A DNA stretch of 64,000 bases from an uncultured Gemmatimonadaceae bacterium (GCA_963817955.1 CAWFQK010000009.1:64001-128000); one strand, 5' to 3'; positions 1 through 11,276 are shown, numbered from the stretch's first letter. Notes: a model not told the origin generated them from the letters alone. Numbers and translations are program-made.

Positions 1-62
1 CGCTCACGGCGGTGGCCCGTGATCGGATCGGCGTCGGTCGCGCGGTCATGCAGCGGTCACGG

Positions 63-2466
63 TCATTCAGCGGTCGCCCGGGGAACAGCGGGGAACTCGT
101 GCGGCAACGGGCCGGACAGGCTTGGTACCGTGCCGCGCCGGCTCGCGAGGCCGCGGAGAATCTTCTCCGGCGTGATCGGCAGTTCGGTCACGCGCACGCC
201 GCACGCGTCGTAGATCGCGTTGGCGATCGCGCCCAGCACGGGCAGCAGCGAGCCCTCGCCGATCTCCTTCGCGCCGAACGGACCGCGCGGCTCGAAGCTC
301 TCGACGGCGGCGGTGTGGATCTCCGGCGACGTCGCAGATCGTCGGAATGAGGTAGTCGTGCAGGTTCGCGATTCGAGAGCCGTCCGCCGGCGCCGACGAT
401 CGTGTCCTCGAGCAGCGTTTCTCCCAGTCCCATGATGATCGCGCCCTCCACCTGGCCGTGGAAGCGTCACCGGATTGATCACCGTGCCTGCGTCGCTGTA
501 ATCCGTGAAGCGGTCGACCGTGACGTAGCCGGTCTCGAGGTCGACGGTCACTTCGGCGATGGCGGTCGAGAAGCTGTACGCGGGCGAGGTGCCGACGGTG
601 CCTCCCTTGAACTCGCCGCCGAGGTGCTTGCGGCGGCGTGTACGACCCCGTGCCGACCACCGGGCCGCCTTCCGAGAACGCGAGCCGCGCCGCGGTCGGC
701 CCAGTCCATCCCCACCGACGGATGCTCGCGGACGAAGATGCGCCCATCGCGCGCCGCGAGGTGCCGCCGCGGTCGCAGCCGAGCTCGCGCGCCGCCACCT
801 CGCGCAGCTGCGCCGTGACGTCGCGCCGCCATCTTCACGGCGTTGCCCGCCCATCAGCGTGACGCGGCTCGAGTACGAGCCGAGGTCGAGCGGGCTGACC
901 GTGGTGTCGCAGTCGGCCATCCACACCCATTCGTACGGCACGCCGAGCTCCTCGGCGGCCATCTGCACGAGCACCGTGTCGGAGCCCTGGCCGATCTCGG
1001 CCGCCGCGATGTGCAGCGTAACGCCGGTGCCGTCCTCGTGCACGCGGATCATCGCGTTCGAGTGCGGGAATGTCCGAGCGGTAGATCGGGTAGCCCGCGC
1101 CCGACACGAATCCGCCGCACCCTACGCCGATCCCCTTGCCCGCCGGCAGCTGTCCCTTCTTCTCGGCCCAGCCGAGTCGCCTCGCGCGCCCGATCGAGCG
1201 TCTGCGATGAACTCGCACGACGAAATGTCGAGCGCGTTGCCGGTGCGCGTGTTCGGCTCCATCGCGTTCCGAAGCCGGATCTCGAACGGGATCGAGCCCG
1301 AGCTCCTCGGCCATCATGTCGAGCAGCGACTCGAACGCGAAGCGCGGCTGCGGCACGCCGTGGCCGCGGAACGCGCCGGAGGCGGGCAGGTTGGTGTAGA
1401 CGCGCGTGCCGTCGTACTTGTAGTTCGGAATCTTGTAGAGCGTCGGCAGCATCGAACCGGCGTAGTACGCGGTGATCACGCCGTACGACGTGTACGCTCC
1501 GCCGTCGAGCACCACGCGGTGCTCCACCGCGGTGATCGTGCCATCCTTCTTCACGCCGATCTTGAGATCGATGTACTGCTTGTGGCGGCCGCGGAAATGC
1601 CGGTACATCTCCTCGCGCGAGTACTCCATGCGCCACGGGACGGCCGGTGAGCCTGCGCGAGGATGGCCGCGCAGAAATCGAGCGGCGTGGCCTCGGCCTT
1701 GGCGCCGAACCCGCCGCCGACCGCCGGTCGGATCACGCGGATGTTGCCCATCGGGATGCCGAGCATACGCGACAGCGAGCGATGCAGGTAGTGTGGCGTC
1801 TGCGTGGACGACCAGAGCGTGAGACGCTCGCCGTGGTGCTCCCAGCGCGCGAGCGCCGCGTGCGGTTCCATCGGCGACTGGTACGTGCGGTTGCCGACGA
1901 AGCGCTGCTCGCGCACGAGGTCCGCCTCGGCGAATCCCGGCCTCGACGTCGCCGAAGTGCCAGTCCACGCGCGTGTTGATGTTGCCGGCATAGCGCGGCT
2001 TCTCGGGATGGATCACCGGCGCGCCTGGCGCCATCGCCGCCTCCGGGTCGAACACCGCGGGCAGTTCCTCGAACTCGACCTCGATGAGCGTCAGCGCGCG
2101 CTCGGCGGTCTCCTCGTCGATCGCGGCGACGGCGGCGATCTCGTCGCCCACGTAGCGCACGCGCTCCTTGGCGAGGATCTGCTCGTCCTCGCGCGCCGGA
2201 CTCACGCCGTACCACGCGTCCGGGCACGTCCGCCCCGGTGATCACCGCGAGCACGCCGGGCAGCGCGCGCGCCTTGCGACACATCGATGCGCCGTGATGA
2301 ATGCCGTGCGCGACCGGGCTGCCCGAGGATCTTGCCGACGAGCGTGTCTGGGAGCCGGATGTCAGCCGTGTACTTGGCGCGCCCCGTGACTTTGTCCGGC
2401 GCGTCGTACCGGGTTACCCGTGACCGACGACGCGTGATCGCGCTACTTGGTCGCGCTCTCCGTCAT
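63..2466 (-). CDS. hcrA: Xanthine-dehydrogenase-family molybdopterin-binding subunit, 4-hydroxybenzoyl-CoA reductase alpha-like; multiple frameshifts in this sequence
   Basis: Pieces in several frames: KVTGRAKYTAD, YQSPMEPH, GGGFGAK, GAFRGHGVPQ, AEIGQGSDT, DLGSYSSRVT, GPFGAKEIGE. Resembles HcrA as I recall it. Start approximate. Confidence 0.75.
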
Positions 2467-2965
2467 GCGCGTGCGGTGCGCGTCGAGCGGCGTCCGCTCG
2501 AAGTCCGAGCAACGTGCGACCGCCTTCAGCATCCGCGGATACGTGGCGCACCGGCAGAGGTTGCCGCGAGCGCGTCTGTGATTTCGTCGCGCGACGGATG
2601 CGGATTGTGGTCGATGAGCGCCTTGGAGGACATCAGCGCGCCGCTCGTGCAGTAGCCGCACTGCAGCGCCCCATGCTTGACGAACGACTTCTGCAGCGGA
2701 TGCAGTTCGCTGCCCTGCGACAGACCCTCGATCGTCGTGACTTCCGTTGCCCTCCGCCTCCGCGGCGAGCGTGAGACATGCCGCCGTCGCCTCGCCGTCG
2801 ATCTGCACCGTGCATGCGCCGCAGTCGCCGGTTCCACAGCCGCTTTTGGTGCCGGTGAGATCCAAGTTCGTCGCGCAGCGCGGCGAGCAGGGTCGTGTTG
2901 GGCTTCACCGCCAATGTGGCCGGCTGTCCGTTGACGGTCAGGTGAACGAGCCGCTCGCCGCTCAT
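2443..2965 (-). CDS. hcrC: 2x[2Fe-2S] small subunit of the molybdoenzyme (HcrC/CoxS-like), frameshifted
   Basis: GTKSGCGTGDCGACTV, LQCGYCTSG and GNLCRCATY motifs across frames. Confidence 0.8.
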
Positions 2966-3841
2966 GTGTGCCTCGTGTTGGCCGTGGCGCGTTTGGACGC
3001 GGATTCGAGCGCGCGGAACGCCAGCACCGCGATGATTTCACGCCGAAAGTCGGCTGATCCGCGGACGTCGCTGATCGGTCGCGCAGCGGCAACGCACGCC
3101 TGCGCCGCGCGTGAGAACAGCGCCTTGGAAGGTTGCTCGCCGCACGAGTATCGATGCGACTTCCGGCACCAGCATGGCGGTAGGTGCGACCGCGCCGAGT
3201 GCGACACGTGCGCCCACGATGCGGGGGCCGTCGAAGTCGAGACGAGCCGCGACGGACGCGACGGCAAGCGACATCCCGCGGCGCAGTCCGAACCGCTCGA
3301 AGCTCGTGCCGCTATTTGGCGGAGCCGACGGGAATCTCAGCTCCACGAGCAGCTCGCCGGGGGCGAGCACGGTGCGGCGCGCATCCACGAAGAACGCTCC
3401 GGCTGGAACCTGCCGCGTGCCATTCGCCGACGCGATGTGCAGCGTTGCGTCGCCGATCAATGCCGCGGGTGGCAGATCGGCGCACGACACGGCGCGACAG
3501 AAGTTGCCGCCCACCGTTGCTCGGCTGCGGACTTGCGGGCTGCCGATCGAGCGCGCGGCTTGGGCAAGTGCCGGAAGCCAACCCTCGACGAGCGGCGACC
3601 GCGCCAGCTCGGCCACGGTCGTGAGACTGCCAATCCGCAGCGCGTCATTCTCCACACTGATGCCGCGCAATGCCGCAATGTCGCGCAGAGCGATGAGGTC
3701 GACGGCCTGTTCCCGCCCACGCTGATAGTCGGGAATCAGCTCGGTGCCACCGGCGAGGAACACGGCGCTGCCGCCGAGCTGCTGTGCGAGTACGCAGGCG
3801 TCGCTCACGGTCGCCGGCCGATGGTACCGGAAATCGAGCAT
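2962..3841 (-). CDS. FAD-binding medium subunit of the molybdoenzyme (CoxM/HcrB-like, without the [4Fe-4S] insertion), frameshifted near the 3' end
   Basis: MLDFRYHRP, LAGGTEL, IGSPQVRSRATVGGNF, PISDVRGSADFRR. Confidence 0.8.
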
Positions 3842-3843
3842 CG

Positions 3844-4718
3844 TTAGGCCGGCACCGCGGTAGCAGCCGCCCGCCACGAGGGCGTCGTTTGTCCGAGCTT
3901 CTTGTAGCGGAAGCCGCCCCATATCGCGGCGCCGATCGCGCCCGCGAAGATAGCATCGGGATGCGTGATGACCTCACGGGACATGCCATCGCGATCGGCC
4001 TTTCTCGCCAGCGCATCGTGCAATGCGCCGAGCATGCCGACATCCGACGCCAGGCCTCCGCTCACGAACACCGCGCCGTCGAACTCGCAGCGATCGCAGG
4101 AGACGCACGAACCGTTCGGCCATGCTCTCATGCACGCCGCGCAGGATGTCGGCTGTGGTGATCCCGCGCGACACCATGTTGATCACGTCGGTCTCCGCGA
4201 GCACGGCACAGATCGAGCTCACCTTTTCCGGCTTCGTTGCCTCGAGCGACAGGGCTGCCGATCTCGTCGTGCGACACACCGAGGTAGCGGGCGATGTTCT
4301 CCAGGAACTGCCCCGATCCCGACGCGCACTGGCTCGTCATCTTGTAGTCCGAGCACGCGGCCGTGCTCGTCCATGGCGACGCGCCCGCGTGTGGAGCGCG
4401 CCGACGTCGAGCACCGCGCTGATGCCGGGCGCCAGGTACAGCGCACCGCGAGCGTGGGTCGTCATGCCGTAGAAATGTCCCGTTGCGAAGGGGACATCCG
4501 CGCCCTCGCCCGTGGTCGCCACGTAGTGGATGGCGTCCACGCCAGCCGGCGTCCACCGCCTGCCTCGAATACTTCATCCACCACCTTCGATGATCTCGCG
4601 GCGACGGAGCGCGGACCGACACATGGGCGAGCACGTATGTTCGTCCGTGCCGCCGGTGCGCATGACGGTCACTTTCACGGCCCCACTGCCGACGTCGATT
4701 CCCGCGGTCACGTGACAT
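3844..4718 (-). CDS. bcrD: Benzoyl-CoA reductase subunit D (ASKHA ATPase), frameshifted
   Basis: YVATTGEG, GHFYGMTTHARGALYL, YKMTSQCASGSGQFLENIARYLG, VSSICAVLAETDVINMVSRG, AGAIGAAIWG. Confidence 0.9.
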
Positions 4719-5996
4719 CAGGCCGCCATCCTCTTGGCGAAGAGAGCCGCGCCCAGGGCGCCGGTGTAGATGCTGTCGGGCGAAATATTGAGCTTGCGTC
4801 GCCGTAGTTCTCTTCCACCAGCTCACGGATGGCGCGCACGGCGGCGGGATTCTTGGCCACGCCGCCAGTAAACGTGAATTCGATCCGATCACGCCGCCCG
4901 ATCGTGCCAGCAGGCTCATAGCCCGCAGCACGATGGCGCGGTGCAATCCAGCGAGAATGTCCTCGCGCTTCTCGCCCAGCGATAGCCATTCGCGCAGTTC
5001 GGCGCCCGCGAACACGGTGCACGTGGAGTTGATCTTCACGCGCGCTTCGACTGTTCGGCAAGCGGGCCAAGCTCGTGGAGGCCGAGGTTCATCTCGTCGG
5101 CAATGTATCCGAGGTAGCGACCACAGCCCGGCGGCACAGCGGTCATTCATCTGGAAGCCCGTGACGATTCCGTCGGCATCTACCTGGATGGCCTTGGTGT
5201 CCTGGCCGCCGATATCGAGCACGGTCCGTGTATCCGGGAAGATCGCATGCGCTCCCAGCCCGTGACACAGGATCTCCGAGCGAATCTGCTCCTTGGGGAA
5301 GGGAAGGCGCGCGCGTCCATACCCCGTGCCAACCGTTGCGGCAGGTGTGAGGTCGGTCGTCACGGCGTATTCCACTGCGTCCGCGAGGGTGGCCGGTTTG
5401 CCGACACGTTCGAGTGCGTCCCCGATATGATCGCGGAAATCGAGGTCCAGTCGGCTCGTTCTCCGACGCGGATGATGCACTTGTCATACACGCCGAGGAG
5501 CCGGTCGTAGGTCACACCGCTGCGCGCCCGGCCGATCTGCTCCGCAATGCGCATGTACGCCGAGCCCGCCGCGTCGCGGAAGAAATCGGAACGCGCCACC
5601 GGTGGCTGCTTGAACCGGATCTCTTCTTCGTTGGCGATCGCTGCGCAGATTTCTTGAATTGCACCTCTGAGCGCCGACTGCGGCCCAGCGGGCATGGAGT
5701 GTTCGATTTCCTCGGCCAGGAGCTGCTCCAGACGACGAAGCTGGTGCAGGAACTGCTCCATCACGAATGCGCGGCGCAGGCTGTTCGACCGCCTGGCCGC
5801 CGTCTCGCCGGCCGCGACGCTGTTGAATGAGTCCGAACCGTGCGTTGATGAACGCTTCCGTCCGGGCGACCGCCGCCGCGAGATCGTAGTTCGATCGGGA
5901 GTTCGTGATGCCACGGCCGAGCATGAGGCCGTCTTCCCCGAGGATGACCGCCTTGGTGGTCGTCGAGCCCAGGTCGATGCCGATGACGCAGCTCAT
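4718..5996 (-). CDS. bcrA: Benzoyl-CoA reductase subunit A (ASKHA ATPase), frameshifted
   Basis: [98 protein letters not shown]. Confidence 0.9.
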
Positions 5997-7316
5997 GCGG
6001 TCACCACGGCGTCTTCATGCGGTGCTTGGACGGTCTGTCCGGCGCCGCGGCGCCGATTTCGATCATCTGGAAATAGCTCTCCAGTCGGTTCTTGATGTTC
6101 GCGTTCGAGAAGTAGCGCGGGATCGACGAGGTCGCTCTCGATGAACGCCCCCGGGATGCCGGTCCGCTTCTCGACCTCGCGCAGGATCATCAGCTGGCCC
6201 GCCGAGAACGAGTTGCACGACTTCACCGAATTGATGAGGAATCCGTCGGCCTCGTACTCGCGGATGTATCGCGAGATCATCTCGATCCGCGCCGGCAAGT
6301 TCAGATTGGTGTAGCACCCGCTGCAGTAGTCAGCGAGCGTGCCGAGCGGATCGGACGGATCATGGCGGAAGCCGAAGTCGTACGTGCCGCCCACCTTCGT
6401 GTAGGTGGACGCGACGACCACCGCCTTCTCGTCGGCGAACATCTTCCAGAAATCGCGGAAGTGCGTCCAATTGGGCGGGCCTTCCACCACGATGCGGTAC
6501 CGTTCGTCGTCGAGCGGGCCGTCGGGCACAATGGGTCCCAGCCCTGCCGCCATCCGCGCCTCGACCTCCTCGCGCAGGGCGCGATAGTACTCCACGCCTT
6601 CCTCGGTGCCACGGAACGCGCTGAAGATCGGGCCGACGTAATACACCGTACCGAAATAGCCATCGATGGGGCTCGGCTTGTGCTTTGCCGACTGCAGCAC
6701 GGCGACTCAGATCGTCTTCGGCGCGCGCGGCTGAGCATCAGGTTGTGACGCAGCTTTTCCTCGTCGTACGCGCGGCCGGTCACCTTCTCCAACGCGGGAA
6801 TCACCTCTTCGCGGAGCTGCCGGATCATGTACTCGCGGTGCTCCGGTTCCAGCTTGCCGTCGCCCTGATACGGGCACGTGGAAGAAGACCGTCGGGCAGT
6901 CGTATTCCTCCCGCAGCAGCTCGAACCACTTCATGAACGTGTAGCAGCCGGTGTACGAGAGCAGCAGGAGATCGGGCTTTGGCAGCTTGGTTCCCGCGGG
7001 CGAGATGTTGCCCGATCGCGCCATGCCGATATCACACTTGACGTACGCGCAGACGTCCTCGGAATGCCCCTCACGCTCGGCTTCGACGATGTAGTCGCCG
7101 GAGAGCTTGCGCATGCCCGATTGCAGTGCATTGATCTCCGGCAGCACCGGTAATGCACCAAACGAGCGAATCAGCTCGGTCAGATTGCCCGGCACGAACG
7201 TGTAGACCACGGGTTCGTCGATTCTCCGGCGCCTTTTCCAGCCGCTCGAAGTGGCGGGCGATCATCTCCTTTTGCAGGACCATCGAGCGGTCCTTGAGAA
7301 CCTCTTTCGGGGCCAT
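5993..7316 (-). CDS. bcrB: Benzoyl-CoA reductase subunit B, frameshifted
   Basis: [60 protein letters not shown]. Confidence 0.9.
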
Positions 7317-8483
7317 CAGACGGTCCCCGGTCCAGAGCTTGAGCGAATCGGCGAAGGTGCCGGCCTGCTCGCGAAATTGTTGAAACTGGCCGCTGTTCTC
7401 CGAGTACTTGAATGCGATACAGGGAAGCCCGGCCGCCTCTGCGCCATTGCGCAGCATGGGTTGGTCGAGCAACGCCGGATCACAGAAGCTGGGTGCCGCG
7501 AAGATCACGCCTTCGGCGTTGGCGGCCTGGACGCAGTGCTGCATCAGCCGGCGCTTGCCTTGCGGGTCGCGCTCATAGACGACCGACGTGCGCGTCTCTG
7601 TATTCACGAAGGCTTCGGCTAACGCGCGGAGTGGGTCGCCCTCCAGTGGCACTTCCCCGGTGAGGAAGCGCGTGCCGAGCACGAAATCGTCGTCGACAAC
7701 GTAGCAGCCCGCTCGTTCGATCGACTTGATGAGGCCGAGCGGCGGTTGCTCGCAGAAGGCGCCACTGATGACGACACGGCTGTTATCGCGCGGACGCCGG
7801 CGGTCTGTCTCGACGGCCGCCAAGTACCGTCGCGCCTGAGCGATGAACTCCTCGACGGGTACGACCTCGCCGGCGCGCAAGAGCAGGTAGAGCTCTTCCG
7901 TCGGCAGGTCCCACGGCCGCTCGCGCCGCGTGGCGTACAAGGCGCGGATGACGGTTCGCATCTCATTGTAGAGCGCGATGGAACGGCGCAGATCGTCGTC
8001 GCTCGGCACATGGCCCGAAACGGCGCCCAGATCGTTCACCAGGTGCCGCAACTCGGTGTCGTAGAAATCGACGGCGACGCCGGGCTGCGAGCCCTGCGGC
8101 ACGTCGATATACCGAACGTAAACGTCTGGGTACAACAGCTTCCACATTCCGGACAGGTTCCGGATGACGTCACACGTGGAGGGGAAGAGTACTGCCGAGA
8201 GCATCGACAACCGGCCGGATTGCGCGAGCTCGATGACCGAGCGAGGCAGGTGGCAGATGTACGATTGATAGAACGCGTCGCCGCGGATGATCTCGAGGCG
8301 GTCGCCACCGCCGTGAATGCCGACGGGCAGCATACCGCAGGCGTGGATGATCTCGCGTGGCACGTACACGGGGAGGTAGCCGCCCGCCTTCGCGCCCGGG
8401 TGATCGGCGAGCCAGCGATGAACGGCAGTGAACTCAAGATCCTCGTACCGCTCTCGCGCCCAGTCTACAACGGCAGTTCGCAA
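7316..8483 (-). CDS. bcrC: Benzoyl-CoA reductase subunit C
   Basis: YEDLEF, YLPVYVPREIIHA, GDAFYQSYICHLPRS, FPSTCDVIRNLSGMWKL, FCEQPPLGL, FCDPALLDQPM, FREQAGTFADSLKLW. Probable TTG start after GGAGGT. An indel near the stop runs it into bcrB in the ORF track. Confidence 0.9.
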
Positions 8484-8506
8484 GCGACCTCCGGAACATG
8501 TCTCTA

Positions 8507-8558
8507 TTTCGAACGAACGTTCGATCGTATATAATGCAACTGCCGCGACTGCTGTCAA
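8507..8558. promoter_or_regulatory. Overlapping divergent sigma70-type promoters with a palindromic operator
   Basis: Minus strand: TTGACA (8558-8553)-N16-CATTAT. Plus strand: TTTCGA-N17-TATAAT (8530-8535). Imperfect palindrome TTCGAACGAACGTTCGATCGTA at 8508-8529. Confidence 0.6.
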
Positions 8559-8636
8559 GAGTTCGCCGGCGGCCGGCGTCGTCCGGCCGCGCGCCGTGGG
8601 CACAGAAACGTCCGTCATGAACCGGAGGAGCGCGAC

Positions 8637-10667
8637 ATGAGCGTCCGCGTCAAGCACCTGACGATCGAACACGTCGGTGTCGTCGGTTCGGGCCAGATCG
8701 GGCCCGACATCGCCCTGCATTTCGCCAAAGCGCTGCACGAGCGCGGCGTCACCGTCACCGTTGTCGATGTCGCGCCGGAAGCGCTCGAGCGCGGCCGCGC
8801 GAAGCTCGAGCATAAAGTCGCCAAGGCGCGAGAGACCGGCGCGTTCACCCCTGCGGCTGCCGACGCCATTCAGGCCGCCGTCCAATTCACCACGGATTAC
8901 GAGGCGCTCCGCGGCGCCGACCTCGTGATCGAGGCCGCCACTGAAAATCTCGCGGTCAAGCGCCGCATCTTTGCGCAACTCGAGGCGCTGTGCGCCCCGA
9001 CCACCGTCCTCGCCTCCAACTCGTCACATATCGAACCGGCGCTCATTTTCGAGCAACTGCAGCACCGCGAACGTGCGCTGGTCGTTCACTATTTCTTCCC
9101 CGCCGAGCGCAACCCGCTGGTCGAGGTCGTGCCCGTGCCGGATCCGCGCGGCACCGATCCGGCGCTCACGGAAGCCATGATGGCGCTGTACGAGGAGATT
9201 GGCAAAGTGCCGATTCTCGTCGGCAGCAGATACGGCTACGCGGTGAATCCGGTGTTCGAGGGACTCTTCCTCGCCGCCGCGTTGGCTGTGGAAGAAGGGT
9301 TGGGCACAACCACGGAAGTGGACGCTGCCGCGCGCCATGCGCTCCGTCTCGGCATCGGGCCGTTCACCGCCATGAACCTCACTGGTGGCAATCCCATCAC
9401 GAGCCACGCGCTCGATGAGTACACCTCGCGAGTGGGTCCGTGGTTCCGAACGCCGCAACTCATGAAAGAGGCGATGGTCTCCGGTGCGCCGTGGACCGTG
9501 CCGAAACGCGATGAGAAGGTGGTGCTGCCGCCCGACCGCGAGCAACGGATTGCCGACAGCATGTTGGGCGCCTACTTCGGCATCTGCGGCGAGATCCTCG
9601 ACAGCGGCATCGTCTCGCTGTCCGATCTCGAACTTGGCGTGGAGACCGGCCTGGCCATGCGCGCGCCGTTCGCGTTCATGAACGACATTGGAGTGGCCCA
9701 CGCGCTGGAACTCGTCCAGTCATACGCCGCAGCGCACGAGGGATTTCCGGTTCCGCGCTGTCTCGTCGAGCAGGCGAAGGCTGGCACGCCGTTCCAGATC
9801 GACCGTGTCCTCCGTCGCGATATCGGCTCGGTCGCCGTCCTGACGATTCGCCGCCCGCAGGTGCTCAACGCGCTGAACGACGACGTCTACGCTGAGCTCC
9901 ATCGTCATTTCTTGGCGTTGCGCGACGACGCCCAAATCGACGGGGTGGTGCTGACGGGGTTTGGCACGAAAGCGTTCGTGTCTGGTGCCGACGTCAACTT
10001 CCTGGCGAACATCACGACCCCAGCTCACGGCGTGGCAACATCGGAACGCTCGAAGCTCGCGGGCGATCTCATCGAGAGTCTCGGGAAGCCTGTGATCTGT
10101 GCACTCAACGGCTTCGCGCTCGGCGGCGGAAACGAGCTCGCACTCTGCTGCTCGGCGCGCATGGTGAAGAAGGGGCTGTCTGTCGCGGTCTCACAGCCGG
10201 AGGCGAACCTCGGGATCGTACCGGGCGCCGGTGCGACGCAACGCTTGCCGCGGCTTGTCGGCGTCGAGCTTGCGGCGTCGATGCTGCGGACCGGCCGCTC
10301 GTTGTCCGGGTTGGAGGCCGTGGCGTGTGGACTGATTCGCGAGGAGGTGGACGGTGACTTGCTTGCTGCCGCGGTGACGCTGGCGCGCGACGCGGCCGCG
10401 GGACGGGTGAAACTCAAGACCGTCGATCCTCAGCCAGTTGGCGTGTTGCCGGCGCTGCCTGCTGTGGACCTCGGGCATCGCAGCCGCGCGATCGATGCAC
10501 TGATCTGTCGCGCCATTACCGAGGGCTGTCAGCGTCCGCTGCGCGAGGGGCTACGCTTCGAGTCGGAGATGTTCGGCGCCTGCTGTGCGACGGAGGACAT
10601 GCGCATCGGTGTCCGGACGTTCCAGGAGAGCGGACCGCGCGCCAAGGCAGCTTTTGTGCACCGGTGA
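8637..10667 (+). CDS. 3-hydroxyacyl-CoA dehydrogenase / enoyl-CoA hydratase fusion (dehydrogenase N-terminal)
   Basis: GSGQIG Rossmann motif, VIEAATEN, LASNSSH, then a crotonase domain with AFVSGADV, GFALGGGNEL, QPEANLGIVPGAGATQRLPRLVG. Confidence 0.9.
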   Translation: MSVRVKHLTIEHVGVVGSGQIGPDIALHFAKALHERGVTVTVVDVAPEALERGRAKLEHKVAKARETGAFTPAAADAIQAAVQFTTDYEALRGADLVIEAATENLAVKRRIFAQLEALCAPTTVLASNSSHIEPALIFEQLQHRERALVVHYFFPAERNPLVEVVPVPDPRGTDPALTEAMMALYEEIGKVPILVGSRYGYAVNPVFEGLFLAAALAVEEGLGTTTEVDAAARHALRLGIGPFTAMNLTGGNPITSHALDEYTSRVGPWFRTPQLMKEAMVSGAPWTVPKRDEKVVLPPDREQRIADSMLGAYFGICGEILDSGIVSLSDLELGVETGLAMRAPFAFMNDIGVAHALELVQSYAAAHEGFPVPRCLVEQAKAGTPFQIDRVLRRDIGSVAVLTIRRPQVLNALNDDVYAELHRHFLALRDDAQIDGVVLTGFGTKAFVSGADVNFLANITTPAHGVATSERSKLAGDLIESLGKPVICALNGFALGGGNELALCCSARMVKKGLSVAVSQPEANLGIVPGAGATQRLPRLVGVELAASMLRTGRSLSGLEAVACGLIREEVDGDLLAAAVTLARDAAAGRVKLKTVDPQPVGVLPALPAVDLGHRSRAIDALICRAITEGCQRPLREGLRFESEMFGACCATEDMRIGVRTFQESGPRAKAAFVHR

Positions 10668-10912
10668 CGGTGGGTTTGGCGATTGAGGTGCAAAAGTCGA
10701 TGCATTTCAATCGGGCAGGGTAGCTTGTGCCAAAGCTCGAACGGCTAGAGCTTCCATGTGCGGACAAAGCGGCTTAACGCTTCGCGAGCGAGCTCCACAG
10801 CACGTTTGCTGCCGATGTGGAGCGGAAGGTGCGTCATGAGGATCGGCCACCGCCAACTTCGGCGGCTGACGCCAGTAGTTACACACAACGTTTTCGCTTG
10901 GAGACCGGCACG

Positions 10913-11218
10913 ATGCGCACGAAAGGGACAGTGAAGTGGTTCAACAACGACAAGGGGTTCGGGTTCATCACCCCTGAGGACGGCAGCAAGGACCTGTTCG
11001 TCCATCATTCGGCCATCCAAGGCGGCGGTTTCAAGTCGCTCGACGAAGGCGAGAGTGTGGAGTTCGACGTCGTGCAGGGGCAGAAGGGACCGGCCGCTGA
11101 GAACGTGACGCGGCTCGGCGGCGGAACGCCTGGCGGCAGTGGTGGTGGTGGCGGCCGTGGTGAAGGCCGTGGTGGATACGGCGGTGGTGGCGGCGGCGGT
11201 CGCGGTCGCGGCTACTAA
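10913..11218 (+). CDS. csp: Cold-shock domain protein with Gly/Arg-rich tail
   Basis: [35 protein letters not shown] followed by [22 protein letters not shown]. Confidence 0.95.
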   Translation: MRTKGTVKWFNNDKGFGFITPEDGSKDLFVHHSAIQGGGFKSLDEGESVEFDVVQGQKGPAAENVTRLGGGTPGGSGGGGGRGEGRGGYGGGGGGGRGRGY

Positions 11219-11238
11219 GCAGCCTCAAGCAATCACAG

Positions 11239-11276
11239 CCGGCCCCGGCGCTCGTTCACTCGAGCGCCGGGGCCGG
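11239..11276 (+). terminator. GC-rich hairpin after csp
   Basis: 16-bp stem CCGGCCCCGGCGCTCG / CGAGCGCCGGGGCCGG with a 6-nt loop; weak U tail. Confidence 0.65.

Noticed and set aside
63..3841. Aerobic CO dehydrogenase (coxMSL gene order)
   Set aside because: The active-site loop is GSYSSR, not AYxCSFR, and the context is benzoyl-CoA metabolism.
7071..8978. 635-aa minus-strand ORF as one extended or fused protein
   Set aside because: Its first ~165 codons are antisense to the HAD/crotonase gene and the promoter region; the run-on into bcrB comes from an indel. The real bcrC is about 7316-8483.
10677..10693. Sigma54 promoter upstream of csp
   Set aside because: Only the GG-N10-GC spacing matches; this is expected by chance in GC-rich DNA.
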